Positions 10,658 to 20,769 of a stretch of DNA of 64,000 nt are shown in pieces. The stretch is from a virus. The DNA lies in IMG/VR virus record IMGVR_UViG_3300035670_000137, positions 12,782-76,781 of that record. The stretch is one strand, 5' to 3'. The notes beneath the pieces are model-generated. The model ran no database searches. It was given only the letters and a program-made list of their open reading frames with translations, and was not told the DNA's origin. How positions within the stretch are numbered: the stretch's first letter is position 1; every line of letters begins with the position of its first letter. A program made the position numbers and the translations under genes.

Positions 10658-12577
10658 TTACGACCAACGTAATGTAGATACGCCTAGACCGTTGACTGTA
10701 GAAACCTGGGTCATACCAGTACGCATAGAGGCTACTAGAACCTTACGCTGAGTTTCGACTAGATCTTGTGTATCGAAGCGAACGCCGCGCTGATTACCAA
10801 CAATGAAGTTAGCTGGAGCGATTGCAACGCCGCAGATGTTGGTAGTAGCGGTTGTAGTACCACCAGCCTTAGCACCGAATGCATCGGAAACTAGAACTGG
10901 AGTATTGCCAACCATACCAACTTGACCAGTTAGAAGAGTAGCTGCAGAGCCAACCTTATCCATTGTCTGGAATGAAGTATCATCTAATAGATCGAAGTAA
11001 ACATCGGTAGAAACAACGTAAACCATTTCAGCTGGGTCTAGGCCCCATACACCTAGATCCTTACGTAGTGAACGTAGGTTAGCGATAGAAGCAGCACCAG
11101 TATTTGTTGGGTTAACAGCAGAAGTTGCGTCGTAGATTGCTAGGCCCTTAACTGGGTCAGAACCAGAACCAGCACCTAGTAAGAATGCCTTATCGACAGC
11201 CTTAGCAACACGACGGATCATACCATCACGGATGATTGGTAGAAGAACTAATAGAGCATCTTCCTCTTCTTCGTATGCTAGGTACTCACGGGTAGCAACC
11301 TTGTATGCGTTTAGAGTGATTTCCTTTAGTTGATGAGTTTGAGCAGCACCAGCAGATTCAGTAGTACCGAAAGCTGTGTTAGCCATCCATGTAGCAAAAC
11401 CAGCTTCTGGGTTTACTGGGATAGTCATAACGTTAGTCTGCATATTGATGTTGCGTAGTAGAGGAGCAACAACTAGGCGACGGCGAATCTCAGATTCCAT
11501 GTTCATGGAAACTTCTAATTCCCATGTAGCGGAAGGAACGTGAGCACCGGCCTTCTCGATTAGGCCATGACCGAACTTAGTAGCTTCGATGGACTTGCCC
11601 ATGATCTTTGATAAGAAAACGGCCTTTTCACGATCTGCATAAGCAGACTTCTCGCTGTTCTTATCGCCAAACTGCATCTTGCTTTGCTGGATAGCAGCTA
11701 GTTCAGCAGCCTTCTCCTTAAGAGCACCTTCTAGACCTTCTAGAGCCTTCTTTGAGGACTCAGCTTGGTCGTTTAGACGCTTCTCAACTTCAGCAAGTAG
11801 CTTCTCAGCACCTGATTCCTTAACTTCGATAGCTGACTTAACAGCAGCTTCGATTTCTGCCTTGCGAGCAGCTTCAGCAGCAATAGCGGCCTTCTCGGCA
11901 GCTTGCTTTTCTTCTAGAGCCTTAGTAGCAGCGGCAGCGGCTTCAGCAGCGGTTTTAGCTAGAAGTTGTTCTAATTCCTTTGGATCCATATTCCATTCCT
12001 TTTTTGTATTGTCAGCACTCTGTGCAGGCGGCTGAATCTCTTTAGCTTCTTCCGTCTTTGCAGTGTACTGCTTTTTAAAATTACTATATTCCTCGTCATT
12101 TTCGAATGACTTAGATAGACTAAATATACTATCCTGGTTCGCAGGCACTGATACTACTGAAATTTCTAGAAGTTCTAGTTCTTTAATAATGAAAATGTCA
12201 GTTAGTGAATCATAAGTAGCGTCTTTAATGGCAAAGCCAACACTGAACGCCGTTAGTACACCATCTTTTACTAAATTAAATACGTCTTCAGCTGCTGCCG
12301 AAATACGTGCTTTTATCCATAAACCTTTATCATCAACCCTATACTCTTCCATTCTACCACAAGGACTATCATGGTCATGATAGGCAAGGATAATAGGATT
12401 TTTTAAGTAGTTTTCAAGAGCTCCAGTCCACGCCGTCATTGGGATGACGTCGCCTGCTCTATCTAAAGTAGTAGTATTTGCATATCCTTCTACATAAACA
12501 GATTCGGTATCCTCGGACTTAGATACGCTCTTGCTGAATTGCTGATTAAGGTATAGTATCTTATCTTTTATTTCCAT
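10658..12577 (-). CDS. Fused prohead protease + scaffold (delta) domain + HK97-fold major capsid protein
   Basis: N-terminal HK97-type protease motifs (GYANT..DRAGD, NPIILAYHD, FSVGF, LLEISVVSVPAN), then Ala/Glu/Lys coiled coil, then capsid domain, with no intervening stop. Confidence 0.92.
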   Translation of the reverse strand: MEIKDKILYLNQQFSKSVSKSEDTESVYVEGYANTTTLDRAGDVIPMTAWTGALENYLKNPIILAYHDHDSPCGRMEEYRVDDKGLWIKARISAAAEDVFNLVKDGVLTAFSVGFAIKDATYDSLTDIFIIKELELLEISVVSVPANQDSIFSLSKSFENDEEYSNFKKQYTAKTEEAKEIQPPAQSADNTKKEWNMDPKELEQLLAKTAAEAAAAATKALEEKQAAEKAAIAAEAARKAEIEAAVKSAIEVKESGAEKLLAEVEKRLNDQAESSKKALEGLEGALKEKAAELAAIQQSKMQFGDKNSEKSAYADREKAVFLSKIMGKSIEATKFGHGLIEKAGAHVPSATWELEVSMNMESEIRRRLVVAPLLRNINMQTNVMTIPVNPEAGFATWMANTAFGTTESAGAAQTHQLKEITLNAYKVATREYLAYEEEEDALLVLLPIIRDGMIRRVAKAVDKAFLLGAGSGSDPVKGLAIYDATSAVNPTNTGAASIANLRSLRKDLGVWGLDPAEMVYVVSTDVYFDLLDDTSFQTMDKVGSAATLLTGQVGMVGNTPVLVSDAFGAKAGGTTTATTNICGVAIAPANFIVGNQRGVRFDTQDLVETQRKVLVASMRTGMTQVSTVNGLGVSTLRWS

Positions 12578-12586
12578 AAGACTCCT

Positions 12587-13774
12587 TTATGGTGCAACCT
12601 TATCTGGCTTTGGAGGGGCACCACCCTCACTAGGATTAGCAGCTGATCCTGCTATATTTGCTGGCACTCTAATATCATCTTGACCCGAAATTGGAGCATA
12701 TCGTAGTTCTTCTCTAGCTTCATTTGGTGTAATAACTCCACCATTTACTAATGTAGCGTGATAGGAGGCGATATCTTTCAGTTCAGGTTGTAGGGACGAG
12801 ACATTAGAGGTCACAACTTCGACATCATATCCAAAGTATCTTTCTATAGCTGACGTAAACTTACGAACTACAGGTAGAACTGTCTCTAGATAGAATAATC
12901 TTAAATTAGGAGAAATATTGGCGTTGTTACCACCGTCGATCAGGACTTCTGGTACACCTAGGGCCATTAGAATCTTAGTATTATGGGTCTTGATAGAGTT
13001 ATCAAAATCCATATCCTTAAAATTAGTATCTCCTATACTCTTTAATTTCATACCGCTATCCAATATCATTGGGCGGCGAGCACCGTTCTTAACTGAGTAT
13101 TTCTGAGTCCATCCTTGAATGGTTCTCTCTTTAGCCATCTGGCTAAGTGTATTTTCAGTCTCTAGAACGATGCCTGCGATAGCTCCGTTGTCAAAGAATT
13201 GATCCTGGAACTGTTGCATCTTATAAAGAGTATTTAATGTTCTGTTAGCGGCGGCTAGTCTACTTGTTCCTCGGTATATCGAGGAGCTTGAGACATCTTT
13301 AATATGTATAATTTCATCAGGTTTAAACTTAGTAATGCCGTTATACTCATAACCCTTTACAAAAGTCTTTTCATCTGGCAGCACAACCATGTGTGCAGCT
13401 GGTAGATGGTAAAGAAAGGCTCCGTCATAGTAAATGAAGATATTACCTTCAATTATCAGATCTGTAAATAGGTGAGTTCTAAACTCTTGTGCAGACTGAT
13501 ACGGGTTAGGTCTAAAATTAAGTAGTGTATTTAGAGACTTTTGTCTAACTCCCTGTACTACACCCTCTGTAGTTTTATCTTTAATATCGTAATCTAAGCT
13601 AGCTGCTCCGGATACGATAAGGTTAACGCCACGACTTACTGTTTCTATTTTTTCGAATGCTTGACTGTACCCGGCTAATGAATCTGTAGCTACGTTGGTA
13701 CCTTCGTTAAACATTATTAATTCTTGTGCTGGATTCGCTTTTTCACGAAACCAGTTCATTGGATTCCAATCCAT
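12587..13774 (-). CDS. Portal protein (HK97-type, T5 pb7-like)
   Basis: RPNPYQS, GNIFIY, EIIHIK, FFDNGA, ITPNEARE portal motifs. Confidence 0.95.
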   Translation of the reverse strand: MDWNPMNWFREKANPAQELIMFNEGTNVATDSLAGYSQAFEKIETVSRGVNLIVSGAASLDYDIKDKTTEGVVQGVRQKSLNTLLNFRPNPYQSAQEFRTHLFTDLIIEGNIFIYYDGAFLYHLPAAHMVVLPDEKTFVKGYEYNGITKFKPDEIIHIKDVSSSSIYRGTSRLAAANRTLNTLYKMQQFQDQFFDNGAIAGIVLETENTLSQMAKERTIQGWTQKYSVKNGARRPMILDSGMKLKSIGDTNFKDMDFDNSIKTHNTKILMALGVPEVLIDGGNNANISPNLRLFYLETVLPVVRKFTSAIERYFGYDVEVVTSNVSSLQPELKDIASYHATLVNGGVITPNEAREELRYAPISGQDDIRVPANIAGSAANPSEGGAPPKPDKVAP

Positions 13775-13782
13775 AGTATTCC

Positions 13783-14214
13783 TTAGTAGAAGGAGCTAAA
13801 TAGTCCTTTAGGCTTTTCGCCTTCTAATCCCAGGGCTTTAGCTTTTTGCTTCTCTATCCACCGACACTGCTTTTCAGAACTATTTAATGGAGGAGCTTTG
13901 CCGAATATACCATGTAATTTTTGATGGTGCTTAAGGCAGAGCGTAAATACCCATTCATATATTTCCTGTCTATGGGACTCTATAAACTCATCTCTAACTG
14001 CTAGAATTCCTGCATCTGTGCTAATATCATAACCTTTTTCTTTGGCCCATTTTTCGAGTAATATTGTAAGAGATGTTGTATGATGTAACTCTAGTTCGGT
14101 TTTTGCTGAACAGATGAAGCATTCATCCTTCTTTTCGTACGCCGATTTAGCACGATCACGAACATGTTTTACAGCTACTCTTTTATTTGTATTAGCGCTC
14201 ATGCAAGTATCCAA
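13783..14214 (-). CDS. HNH-type nicking endonuclease next to portal/terminase
   Basis: CFIC...LELHH...TLCLKHHQKLH; same position as the T5 packaging-region nickase. Confidence 0.75.
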   Translation of the reverse strand: MDTCMSANTNKRVAVKHVRDRAKSAYEKKDECFICSAKTELELHHTTSLTILLEKWAKEKGYDISTDAGILAVRDEFIESHRQEIYEWVFTLCLKHHQKLHGIFGKAPPLNSSEKQCRWIEKQKAKALGLEGEKPKGLFSSFY

Positions 14215-14909
14215 CCTTTATAGCTAGGTCTTTGTCTACGTAATACTTTTCCTAAATATGCTTTACAAATTTTATGCTCTGATGCAAATTTAGTTATATT
14301 TTCTACTTTATACACTGTACCTTCTGGAGACATTATTTCTGGATACTCTATGCCTTTTCCCTTTGCGGAGCTTCGTATACTTTGTCTTAATATATTAGCC
14401 TTCTTTATATCGGCATAAATTTCTGGATACTCTATTTGTAACCATTTATGTGTACGTCCAGTAGCTATATCTCTTACAGTAGATATAGAAATATTTGTTA
14501 TTTCAGCTATATATTTATGAGTATGTGGATCTGTCAATAAAAGAAAACATTCTAATAACTGATCTTTTGTATACTTTAAATTACTAGACTCTAGTCCGGC
14601 TAGTCCCCCTACTGACTCGGTACCTCCAGTGGTTGAGTTAAGACCATTTATATAGGAATTATATACTTCAATAGCATTTATTTCCAAATCATTTAAATTA
14701 TCTTCATTAGTTTCTTCTATTAAGATACTAAAAGTAGGTGGCCCGAAAATATTATAAGCTTTTTGTAGCTTTTCAGATCCCTGTTGTAATCTTAGAGCAT
14801 ATAAATGTTCTTTGAATCTCTTTTCTATATGCTTCGATTGTCCAATATATACTTTATCGGTACCCTCAAACTGAAGGCAGTATATACCTATAGTCACTAT
14901 ATTCTCCAT
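14199..14909 (-). CDS. GIY-YIG homing endonuclease
   Basis: GIYC...KVYIGQS motif; paralogue of 7703-8419; alternative GTG start at 14897. Confidence 0.9.
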   Translation of the reverse strand: MENIVTIGIYCLQFEGTDKVYIGQSKHIEKRFKEHLYALRLQQGSEKLQKAYNIFGPPTFSILIEETNEDNLNDLEINAIEVYNSYINGLNSTTGGTESVGGLAGLESSNLKYTKDQLLECFLLLTDPHTHKYIAEITNISISTVRDIATGRTHKWLQIEYPEIYADIKKANILRQSIRSSAKGKGIEYPEIMSPEGTVYKVENITKFASEHKICKAYLGKVLRRQRPSYKGWILA

Positions 14910-15089
14910 AAAGAATTCTAGGGGCCTCTGTTATGGCAGAGGTTAACGGTTAATTAGGCCGATCCCCATTTATTTTTTCCACAAAATCTCATTTTCCATT
15001 ATTGTACACCTCTAGCAAGTAAAAGTCAAGAACAAAATTTTTTATGCTACATAGAAACAAAAATACCCGCATAAAAGCGGGTATTTTTA

Positions 15090-15626
15090 TTATATACGGT
15101 TAAACACTCTATCCCAGAAGCCACGATTGATTAACTCTGTAACCTTAGCATTACTTTCATTAAGTAAGCTTTTTGTTACCCATAACTCTTTCTCTAACTC
15201 CTGTAAAGCGGTACCATCCTTGACCCTAGCAAGCTCATCTTTTAACTTATCACGTTCAGTAGTTACATCGGACCACTGCATATAGTGCTCGAAGGTGCTA
15301 AGATCCCAAGCTGCATAAGGTACCCTATCTACTAGTTCTGTCTCTTCAATACTAAGTACATTAGGTCTAGTACTGTTAAGTATATCGTTAGACCAGTGCA
15401 GGTTAATATAGTAAGATTCTAGTATGTCTATATGGTGCTTATGACATAGACGTATAATACTAAACTGTGGCAATCCGCAGCTGTTATACGTAGCTTGTAT
15501 GGCTTTTGTGTGTCGTCCGGACTCCATCTCACGTATGTGAGTCTTCCATCGGTTCTCAATGTTTTCCGATTTGCCAATGTAGTATGACCCGTCACTAAAG
15601 TCAAATCGGTATATTCCGCTAATCAT
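15090..15626 (-). CDS. GIY-YIG nuclease with C-terminal coiled coil
   Basis: SGIYRF...YYIGKS..IENRW motif. Confidence 0.75.
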   Translation of the reverse strand: MISGIYRFDFSDGSYYIGKSENIENRWKTHIREMESGRHTKAIQATYNSCGLPQFSIIRLCHKHHIDILESYYINLHWSNDILNSTRPNVLSIEETELVDRVPYAAWDLSTFEHYMQWSDVTTERDKLKDELARVKDGTALQELEKELWVTKSLLNESNAKVTELINRGFWDRVFNRI

Positions 15627-16930
15627 AATGTAAATGTATATAGAGCGTATCTAATAGCGTCAGCTATGTGGGATGCGTCGTTGTGTAATGGTTTCTCGGT
15701 TATTAGGGATTCGTTAGGATCCCACTGGTATTGGTCTAGAGCGTCTAGAACCCAGGTGCACTTGCGTAGCACTTTAAGTCGACCCTGCTGTACTACGGTT
15801 TGGCAGTATGCAATACCTTCTAGCACTTGCTTCTTAGCTTTAATTGTGGCGATATCGTATTGGTAGGCTAAATCTGCTGCAAACTGTGCAGCTGCTGAGT
15901 CGATAAATACGCTGTCTACGCCATGGTGGTCTATTATCTCTCGCAGTTTCACGGCATGTTGAGCCGTGGTTTTCTCAGCTTCTAGATAGTCGTCCACAAT
16001 ACAGAAGTAATCCTCTTCGATATTGTACGCTATTACTACGAATGCGGTTGGGTCTTTGTAGCCAGGGTCCAAGCCGCCGATGTATTCCCACTTTCCGATA
16101 GGTTGCTCGTCTAGTATATGTTCTTCGTCTAGCGAGTAGATCTGGCCTTCGTAGCTGTTGAATGAGGCCATGTACTCCTGCTCGAATTCGGCAGCAGTCA
16201 TGGTCTTTTTCGCTTCGTCCACGTCAGCCTTAGACATACGAGTATTTTCAGTCCAGTCCGCGATTAAGCTAACCCATTCAGGATACTCGTTACTATACCC
16301 ACGCGCGTGAAAGCGAGAGAACCAGTTCTTTTTACCTCGAGGTGTTGAGATAAAGATAGCCTTAGATCCGGGTTTATCTAGCGTAGGACGCAAAGATACA
16401 TTGAATGCAGCCTCACCATCAGTAGATAGAGCAGCCTCGTCAAAGAGAATAAGATTGTAAGACCTACCGACACAAGAATCGACTTGATTGATAGAACCCA
16501 TACGAATAGTAGACCCATTAGAGAGTTCAATTACTTTATCCTTTACGTTATCTCGTAGTACCTCTAAATCAAACGTCTGTATTAACTTACGCTGTAACTC
16601 GAAACTAATAGTACTCAAAGAATAGTTCGGCGACATAATTAGCACATTACAGTTAGGTATCAACATCACCATTTGTGCTATGATATTTGATATGTAAGTT
16701 TTGCCTAATCGTCGTGATAGAGCCGCACAGACGAACCTGTATTTAGGCGAGTTAATTGCGTTGATTAATGCAATTTGGGGTCTGTTCAGTTCTTCTAATA
16801 CTGACCCTCGGCCGCTAGGCGATGGCAATAGCTCTAAATACTTCTCGATTGGTAACTTGATATATCTAACACCAACATCAAAGTCTACTAAATCATCAGC
16901 ATAGACATCATCTCTGCTTATTGTAAGCAT
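15623..16930 (-). CDS. terL: Terminase large subunit
   Basis: Walker A SRRLGKT, Walker B ILFDEAA, ISTP, RNase H-like GLDPG, HIADAIRY. Confidence 0.97.
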   Translation of the reverse strand: MLTISRDDVYADDLVDFDVGVRYIKLPIEKYLELLPSPSGRGSVLEELNRPQIALINAINSPKYRFVCAALSRRLGKTYISNIIAQMVMLIPNCNVLIMSPNYSLSTISFELQRKLIQTFDLEVLRDNVKDKVIELSNGSTIRMGSINQVDSCVGRSYNLILFDEAALSTDGEAAFNVSLRPTLDKPGSKAIFISTPRGKKNWFSRFHARGYSNEYPEWVSLIADWTENTRMSKADVDEAKKTMTAAEFEQEYMASFNSYEGQIYSLDEEHILDEQPIGKWEYIGGLDPGYKDPTAFVVIAYNIEEDYFCIVDDYLEAEKTTAQHAVKLREIIDHHGVDSVFIDSAAAQFAADLAYQYDIATIKAKKQVLEGIAYCQTVVQQGRLKVLRKCTWVLDALDQYQWDPNESLITEKPLHNDASHIADAIRYALYTFTL

Positions 16931-18135
16931 TTCTCAATCCTATCAAATACCACGTCCCAAGACTGAGGGTTATTAAATACGCGTATATTAGGATACCATA
17001 CAGACGATCCAACCGAGGTATTAACTGTACCCCATCTAAAGTCAGTCTCTTTATACGGTTGAATTAGCCATCCCTCTCTCCCGAGCGCACCGACCATGTG
17101 CATACTAGACGTGTCGACACCAATAACGAGATCAAGCCCATTAATGTACTCTGCGGTTTCCTTCCACGTCCGTGGCTGTAGCCCCACAACATCCCGAGAG
17201 CCTTTAAAATCTGGTTGAAGACAATAAAGCTTCCCATACTTAGCAAACCGACTAAAGCGGCCAACAGTAGTACTACGATAAGCATCATTAGCATGAGTGG
17301 AATTACCACTAAATACAATACCAATGTGTTTACCAGGACCAAAATCGTGCGCACCATACTTACCTTCTAACCAATTATAATTACGTGTAACATCTGGAAA
17401 GCATTCTCCAAGGCTACACATAGGATAAGCTACAGTAGCATCACATTCACTAGCATCTCTAACAGTATGATATCCGGCTAACTCAAATACTTCGCCAAGA
17501 TTATTATCACACTGTACATACACGCGTTCAAATTTTTCGGATAGCCTATCAAGGTACCTAGCAAACATTAGATTATCACCAATGCCCTGCTCCACTAGAA
17601 CTACAATAGATGAACCACTAGAGACAGTATCCCAATACATGAGATTCTCTTTCATGTTCTTCATCTTGACTGGCTTAGCTTTTAAGAATCTAGCCTTATA
17701 CATTTCCCAGCCATGGGCAAAATCCTCTAAATCACCACTAGTACTGGCAATTCGTAGCCAAGCGGTACTAGAGTTCCACCAGCAATCCCAAGCTTTAGGG
17801 TCTATGCGAATAGCTTTTCTATAACAATCTAACGCTGCCACATCATCTCCATACATATAGTAAGCTAGTCCAAGATTGTTTAATACTTGAACCATTATTG
17901 CATCTGGAGTTCCTAGTAAAGAGGGAGCATTTAATGCCTCCTTATAATACTTCCACATCATAGCATCTTGACCCACAGCTCGGTAGGCTACTCCAAGATT
18001 ATTGCATACCTCCATGCAAGGATAAATATCGTAGGCTTTTTTAAGATATTGAATTGCTTTTTTAAAGTTGTTCTTTTCTAAATATATTACACCTTTATTG
18101 TAGATAGGTGTTACTTCTTCATGCGCTAAAATCAT
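16918..18135 (-). CDS. TPR-repeat glycosyltransferase (GT-B, GT9-like C-terminus)
   Basis: TPR helices (NNLGVAY, NNLGLAY), EQGIGD..MFARY, GIVFSGN, LDLVIGVDTSSMHMVGALG, FRWG..SVWYP. Confidence 0.85.
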   Translation of the reverse strand: MILAHEEVTPIYNKGVIYLEKNNFKKAIQYLKKAYDIYPCMEVCNNLGVAYRAVGQDAMMWKYYKEALNAPSLLGTPDAIMVQVLNNLGLAYYMYGDDVAALDCYRKAIRIDPKAWDCWWNSSTAWLRIASTSGDLEDFAHGWEMYKARFLKAKPVKMKNMKENLMYWDTVSSGSSIVVLVEQGIGDNLMFARYLDRLSEKFERVYVQCDNNLGEVFELAGYHTVRDASECDATVAYPMCSLGECFPDVTRNYNWLEGKYGAHDFGPGKHIGIVFSGNSTHANDAYRSTTVGRFSRFAKYGKLYCLQPDFKGSRDVVGLQPRTWKETAEYINGLDLVIGVDTSSMHMVGALGREGWLIQPYKETDFRWGTVNTSVGSSVWYPNIRVFNNPQSWDVVFDRIEKCLQ

Positions 18136-18608
18136 TTTGATCCTAAAAGTTTACTTATCAATGAACCATACTTGGTTCCATCGCCACCAAACTCGTTCAC
18201 TTGCATATTAACTTGCGTTTGAACCTTATTACCAGAGCGAATCTTCTCTAGCTGAATTTCACGATCTAGGATATCCATAGACATTTTGTGCGACATAGCT
18301 AGAAGATCTGCAATATCTTTAGATGAGCCTACTTCGGCCTCATCTAGTTCTTGCAACTTCTTCTGGATGATAACATCCATCACTTGTCTAAGTTTAAATC
18401 TATTATTGAACCCTAAGTCGGCAAATACAGTATTTATATATGCTCTTATTTCTTTTCTATCTAATGCATCTACAACGTAGTCTGGTGGCACTCCTAAAAT
18501 ATCGGCTACTTTTTGTATATTTTGATTCTCTAGATAGGTATTTGCAACTTCTAAAAATTCTGGTGAAATTTGAAGGGCTTGTGCTGGGCTTGCGGTAGGT
18601 AAATTCAT
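18132..18608 (-). CDS. terS: Terminase small subunit (T5-like)
   Basis: ISPEFLEVANTYL...EIRAYINTVF.DLGFNNRFKL...KKLQEL.E...SSKDIADLL resembles T5 TerS; likely start MNLPT. Confidence 0.85.
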   Translation of the reverse strand: MNLPTASPAQALQISPEFLEVANTYLENQNIQKVADILGVPPDYVVDALDRKEIRAYINTVFADLGFNNRFKLRQVMDVIIQKKLQELDEAEVGSSKDIADLLAMSHKMSMDILDREIQLEKIRSGNKVQTQVNMQVNEFGGDGTKYGSLISKLLGSK

Positions 18609-18609
18609 A

Positions 18610-19377
18610 TTATATACGGAAACATTCCGTTTCCCCTCCTCGATATTTAGGAAAAGTAGTTGGTACATACTTATACTCAGAGGTAGAATTTAACCACTTT
18701 TTTTCCAAGATAAGCGCTTCTGTCAGAGATAGACTAATATCTATTAATATCTCGTATGTTGGGTAACCTCTTAGTCGTTCTTTTATAGACCTTTGTGTTA
18801 TACCTGCTTTAAAGAAGTCATCTTCTAAAAAGTATACTAAGTATAAGATGGTCTCTCTATCTTTTATTAAAAATCCTTTTTTATTTGGGGGTACATTAGC
18901 TAACTCTAGAGCATTACTCCAGGTATTGAATCTATTTATGAAAGTATGCGCACATGGTATATTTTTATCTTTGATTCTATCAAAGTCTTCCATAGTGTAC
19001 ACTCCGCTACTGGCTAGAATCTCCAATAACTCTTCATCTGTCCATTTTTGTATACCACCAGAACTTCTAGTTGTTTTACCAGCTAAAGAAACTGCAGTAT
19101 TCCATGAGCCAAATCTATTTATGAAAGTATGCGCACATGGTACTCCATCAGTCCTATGTTTGTAGTTTGCCATTCTAGGATCTGGATCATTTTTTAAGAA
19201 GTTTATCAGTTCTTCGTCTGTGTATGTTTTATAAATTCGTTTTTGTAATCCAAGTCTTGCTCTTTTTACCTCTATAGATCCTTCTGATCTACCTAATTCT
19301 AAGCCTACCTGTTTATTGGTATAACCTTGTAAAAGAAATTCTTTTAATAAATCTTCTTCTTCTTGTGTCCATATCAT
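18610..19377 (-). CDS. Putative homing endonuclease with tandem HEG-associated repeats and C-terminal GIY-YIG-like domain
   Basis: Two TDEEL...PCAHTFINRF.(S/T)W..A..LA repeats; LYLVYF...KAGIT..SIKERL. Confidence 0.7.
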   Translation of the reverse strand: MIWTQEEEDLLKEFLLQGYTNKQVGLELGRSEGSIEVKRARLGLQKRIYKTYTDEELINFLKNDPDPRMANYKHRTDGVPCAHTFINRFGSWNTAVSLAGKTTRSSGGIQKWTDEELLEILASSGVYTMEDFDRIKDKNIPCAHTFINRFNTWSNALELANVPPNKKGFLIKDRETILYLVYFLEDDFFKAGITQRSIKERLRGYPTYEILIDISLSLTEALILEKKWLNSTSEYKYVPTTFPKYRGGETECFRI

Positions 19378-19684
19378 ATTAATTTAGTATAATTTATTAG
19401 TATAGGTAAAATTATAGCATATTAACTAAATATTGTCAAGTATATTTTTGTTGTATCCTACGAGATTAACAAAAATATTATTCAGTTTATAACACCTATT
19501 AGTATGTAGAATAATTCCTTTGGATACCGCGTGCGGGTGTGTCATTAGCTGGCACGGTTTATGCTAGTTTATTAACCGCCCTGGTCTATAAGCCTGGCTG
19601 ATGGGAGCATAGAAAACTTTGAATTGACATCGCAACCTGGCGCGACTACAATAACAACATCAGATAACGAAAGAGAAATAAAAA

Positions 19685-19840
19685 ATGTTTAACACTAATG
19701 GACACATGACACAAGATAACTTTAATGCTGTTGCATCTAAGGATCTGTTTCGTGCCATCTGGATTGCAAAGCACATGGGCGTAGCTGATACGGTTATGCG
19801 TGCGTGGGTTGCTGCTGTTCTTGCTGTTCTGAAAAAATAA
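19685..19840 (+). CDS. Small pre-early protein (51 aa)
   Basis: ORF MFNTNGH...AVLKK after promoter TTGACA(19624)...TACAAT. Confidence 0.6.
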   Translation: MFNTNGHMTQDNFNAVASKDLFRAIWIAKHMGVADTVMRAWVAAVLAVLKK

Positions 19841-19900
19841 TCTTGACTTCTGATGTTGCTTGTTCTATAATATAATCTCACTGATACGAAAGGAAACGCC

Positions 19901-20248
19901 ATGACTGCAAAGACTGTTAATTACACTCCTGAGCAAACCGCTGTTCTGATTTCGCGCTATGTTGATGAGAAGGTTAGCGTTGAGGCTATCGCTGCTGAAT
20001 TCGGCAAGAGCGTGCGTTCCATTGTTGCCAAGCTTTCGCGTGAAGGCGTATATAAGGCTAAGGAATACACCACGAAAAAGGGTGATGCTCCGGTGAAGAA
20101 GGATGCGCTTGCATCTGAGCTGATGCTGTTGGTTGGCTTGACTGAGGCTGAAGCTGATAGCCTTGGCAAGGCTAATAAGACTGCCTTGGCTAAGATTCTG
20201 GCTATCGTTAAGGCTGCAAAGATTAGCAATGCTAATGATGTAAGCTGA
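19901..20248 (+). CDS. T5 A2-like DNA-binding protein, copy 1
   Basis: NYT.EQT...IAAEFGKSVRSIVAKLSREGVY...DSL.KANKTAL, similar to T5 A2; own promoter at 19843. Confidence 0.75.
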   Translation: MTAKTVNYTPEQTAVLISRYVDEKVSVEAIAAEFGKSVRSIVAKLSREGVYKAKEYTTKKGDAPVKKDALASELMLLVGLTEAEADSLGKANKTALAKILAIVKAAKISNANDVS

Positions 20249-20313
20249 TGGATTATGGCACGGTTCCTGCTGTAAGCAGGGATCGTGCCAGGCTGAAAGA
20301 AAAAGGCCTTGAA

Positions 20314-20353
20314 AATCAAGGACTTAGGCCAGGGCCTGGGTAAGCTATTGATT
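20314..20353. promoter_or_regulatory. Inverted pair of IHF-consensus sites, copy 1
   Basis: AATCAAGGACTTA-14 bp-TAAGCTATTGATT; both halves match WATCAANNNNTTR. Confidence 0.7.
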
Positions 20354-20482
20354 TATAACACTTAATTCTGCGCCTACGACCATGGCACGGTTTTTGCTAT
20401 CCCTGGGCTTGTTACAATTTGTTACAATTAAGGGCTTGACTCTGCCATCCGATCAACTATAATTCAATCATAGCAAAACGAA

Positions 20483-20671
20483 ATGGAGATTGAAATGCTC
20501 AAGGTTATGTGTTCTGATTTGGCAACCGGTAATCGCAAGGTTTTCGCGGTTTGTGCAACTCCTAAAATGGCGCTTGGCATTCAAAAGCGTATGAATGAAC
20601 GGAATGAGGAAGCTACTAAATTTACTGGCAAAGCTATCCGTTTCGTTTATTTCGTTGTTCGTTCGAGGTAA
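20483..20671 (+). CDS. Hypothetical pre-early protein
   Basis: ORF after promoter at 20436; GGAG RBS. Confidence 0.6.
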   Translation: MEIEMLKVMCSDLATGNRKVFAVCATPKMALGIQKRMNERNEEATKFTGKAIRFVYFVVRSR

Positions 20672-20769
20672 ATCATGGAATACTTCATTGGCTTAATTGT
20701 TCTGCTGCTTGTTCCTGAGATCCTGAATTCGGTTATTGATGCCGTCAAAGAATGGGAAGAATTGACAAA

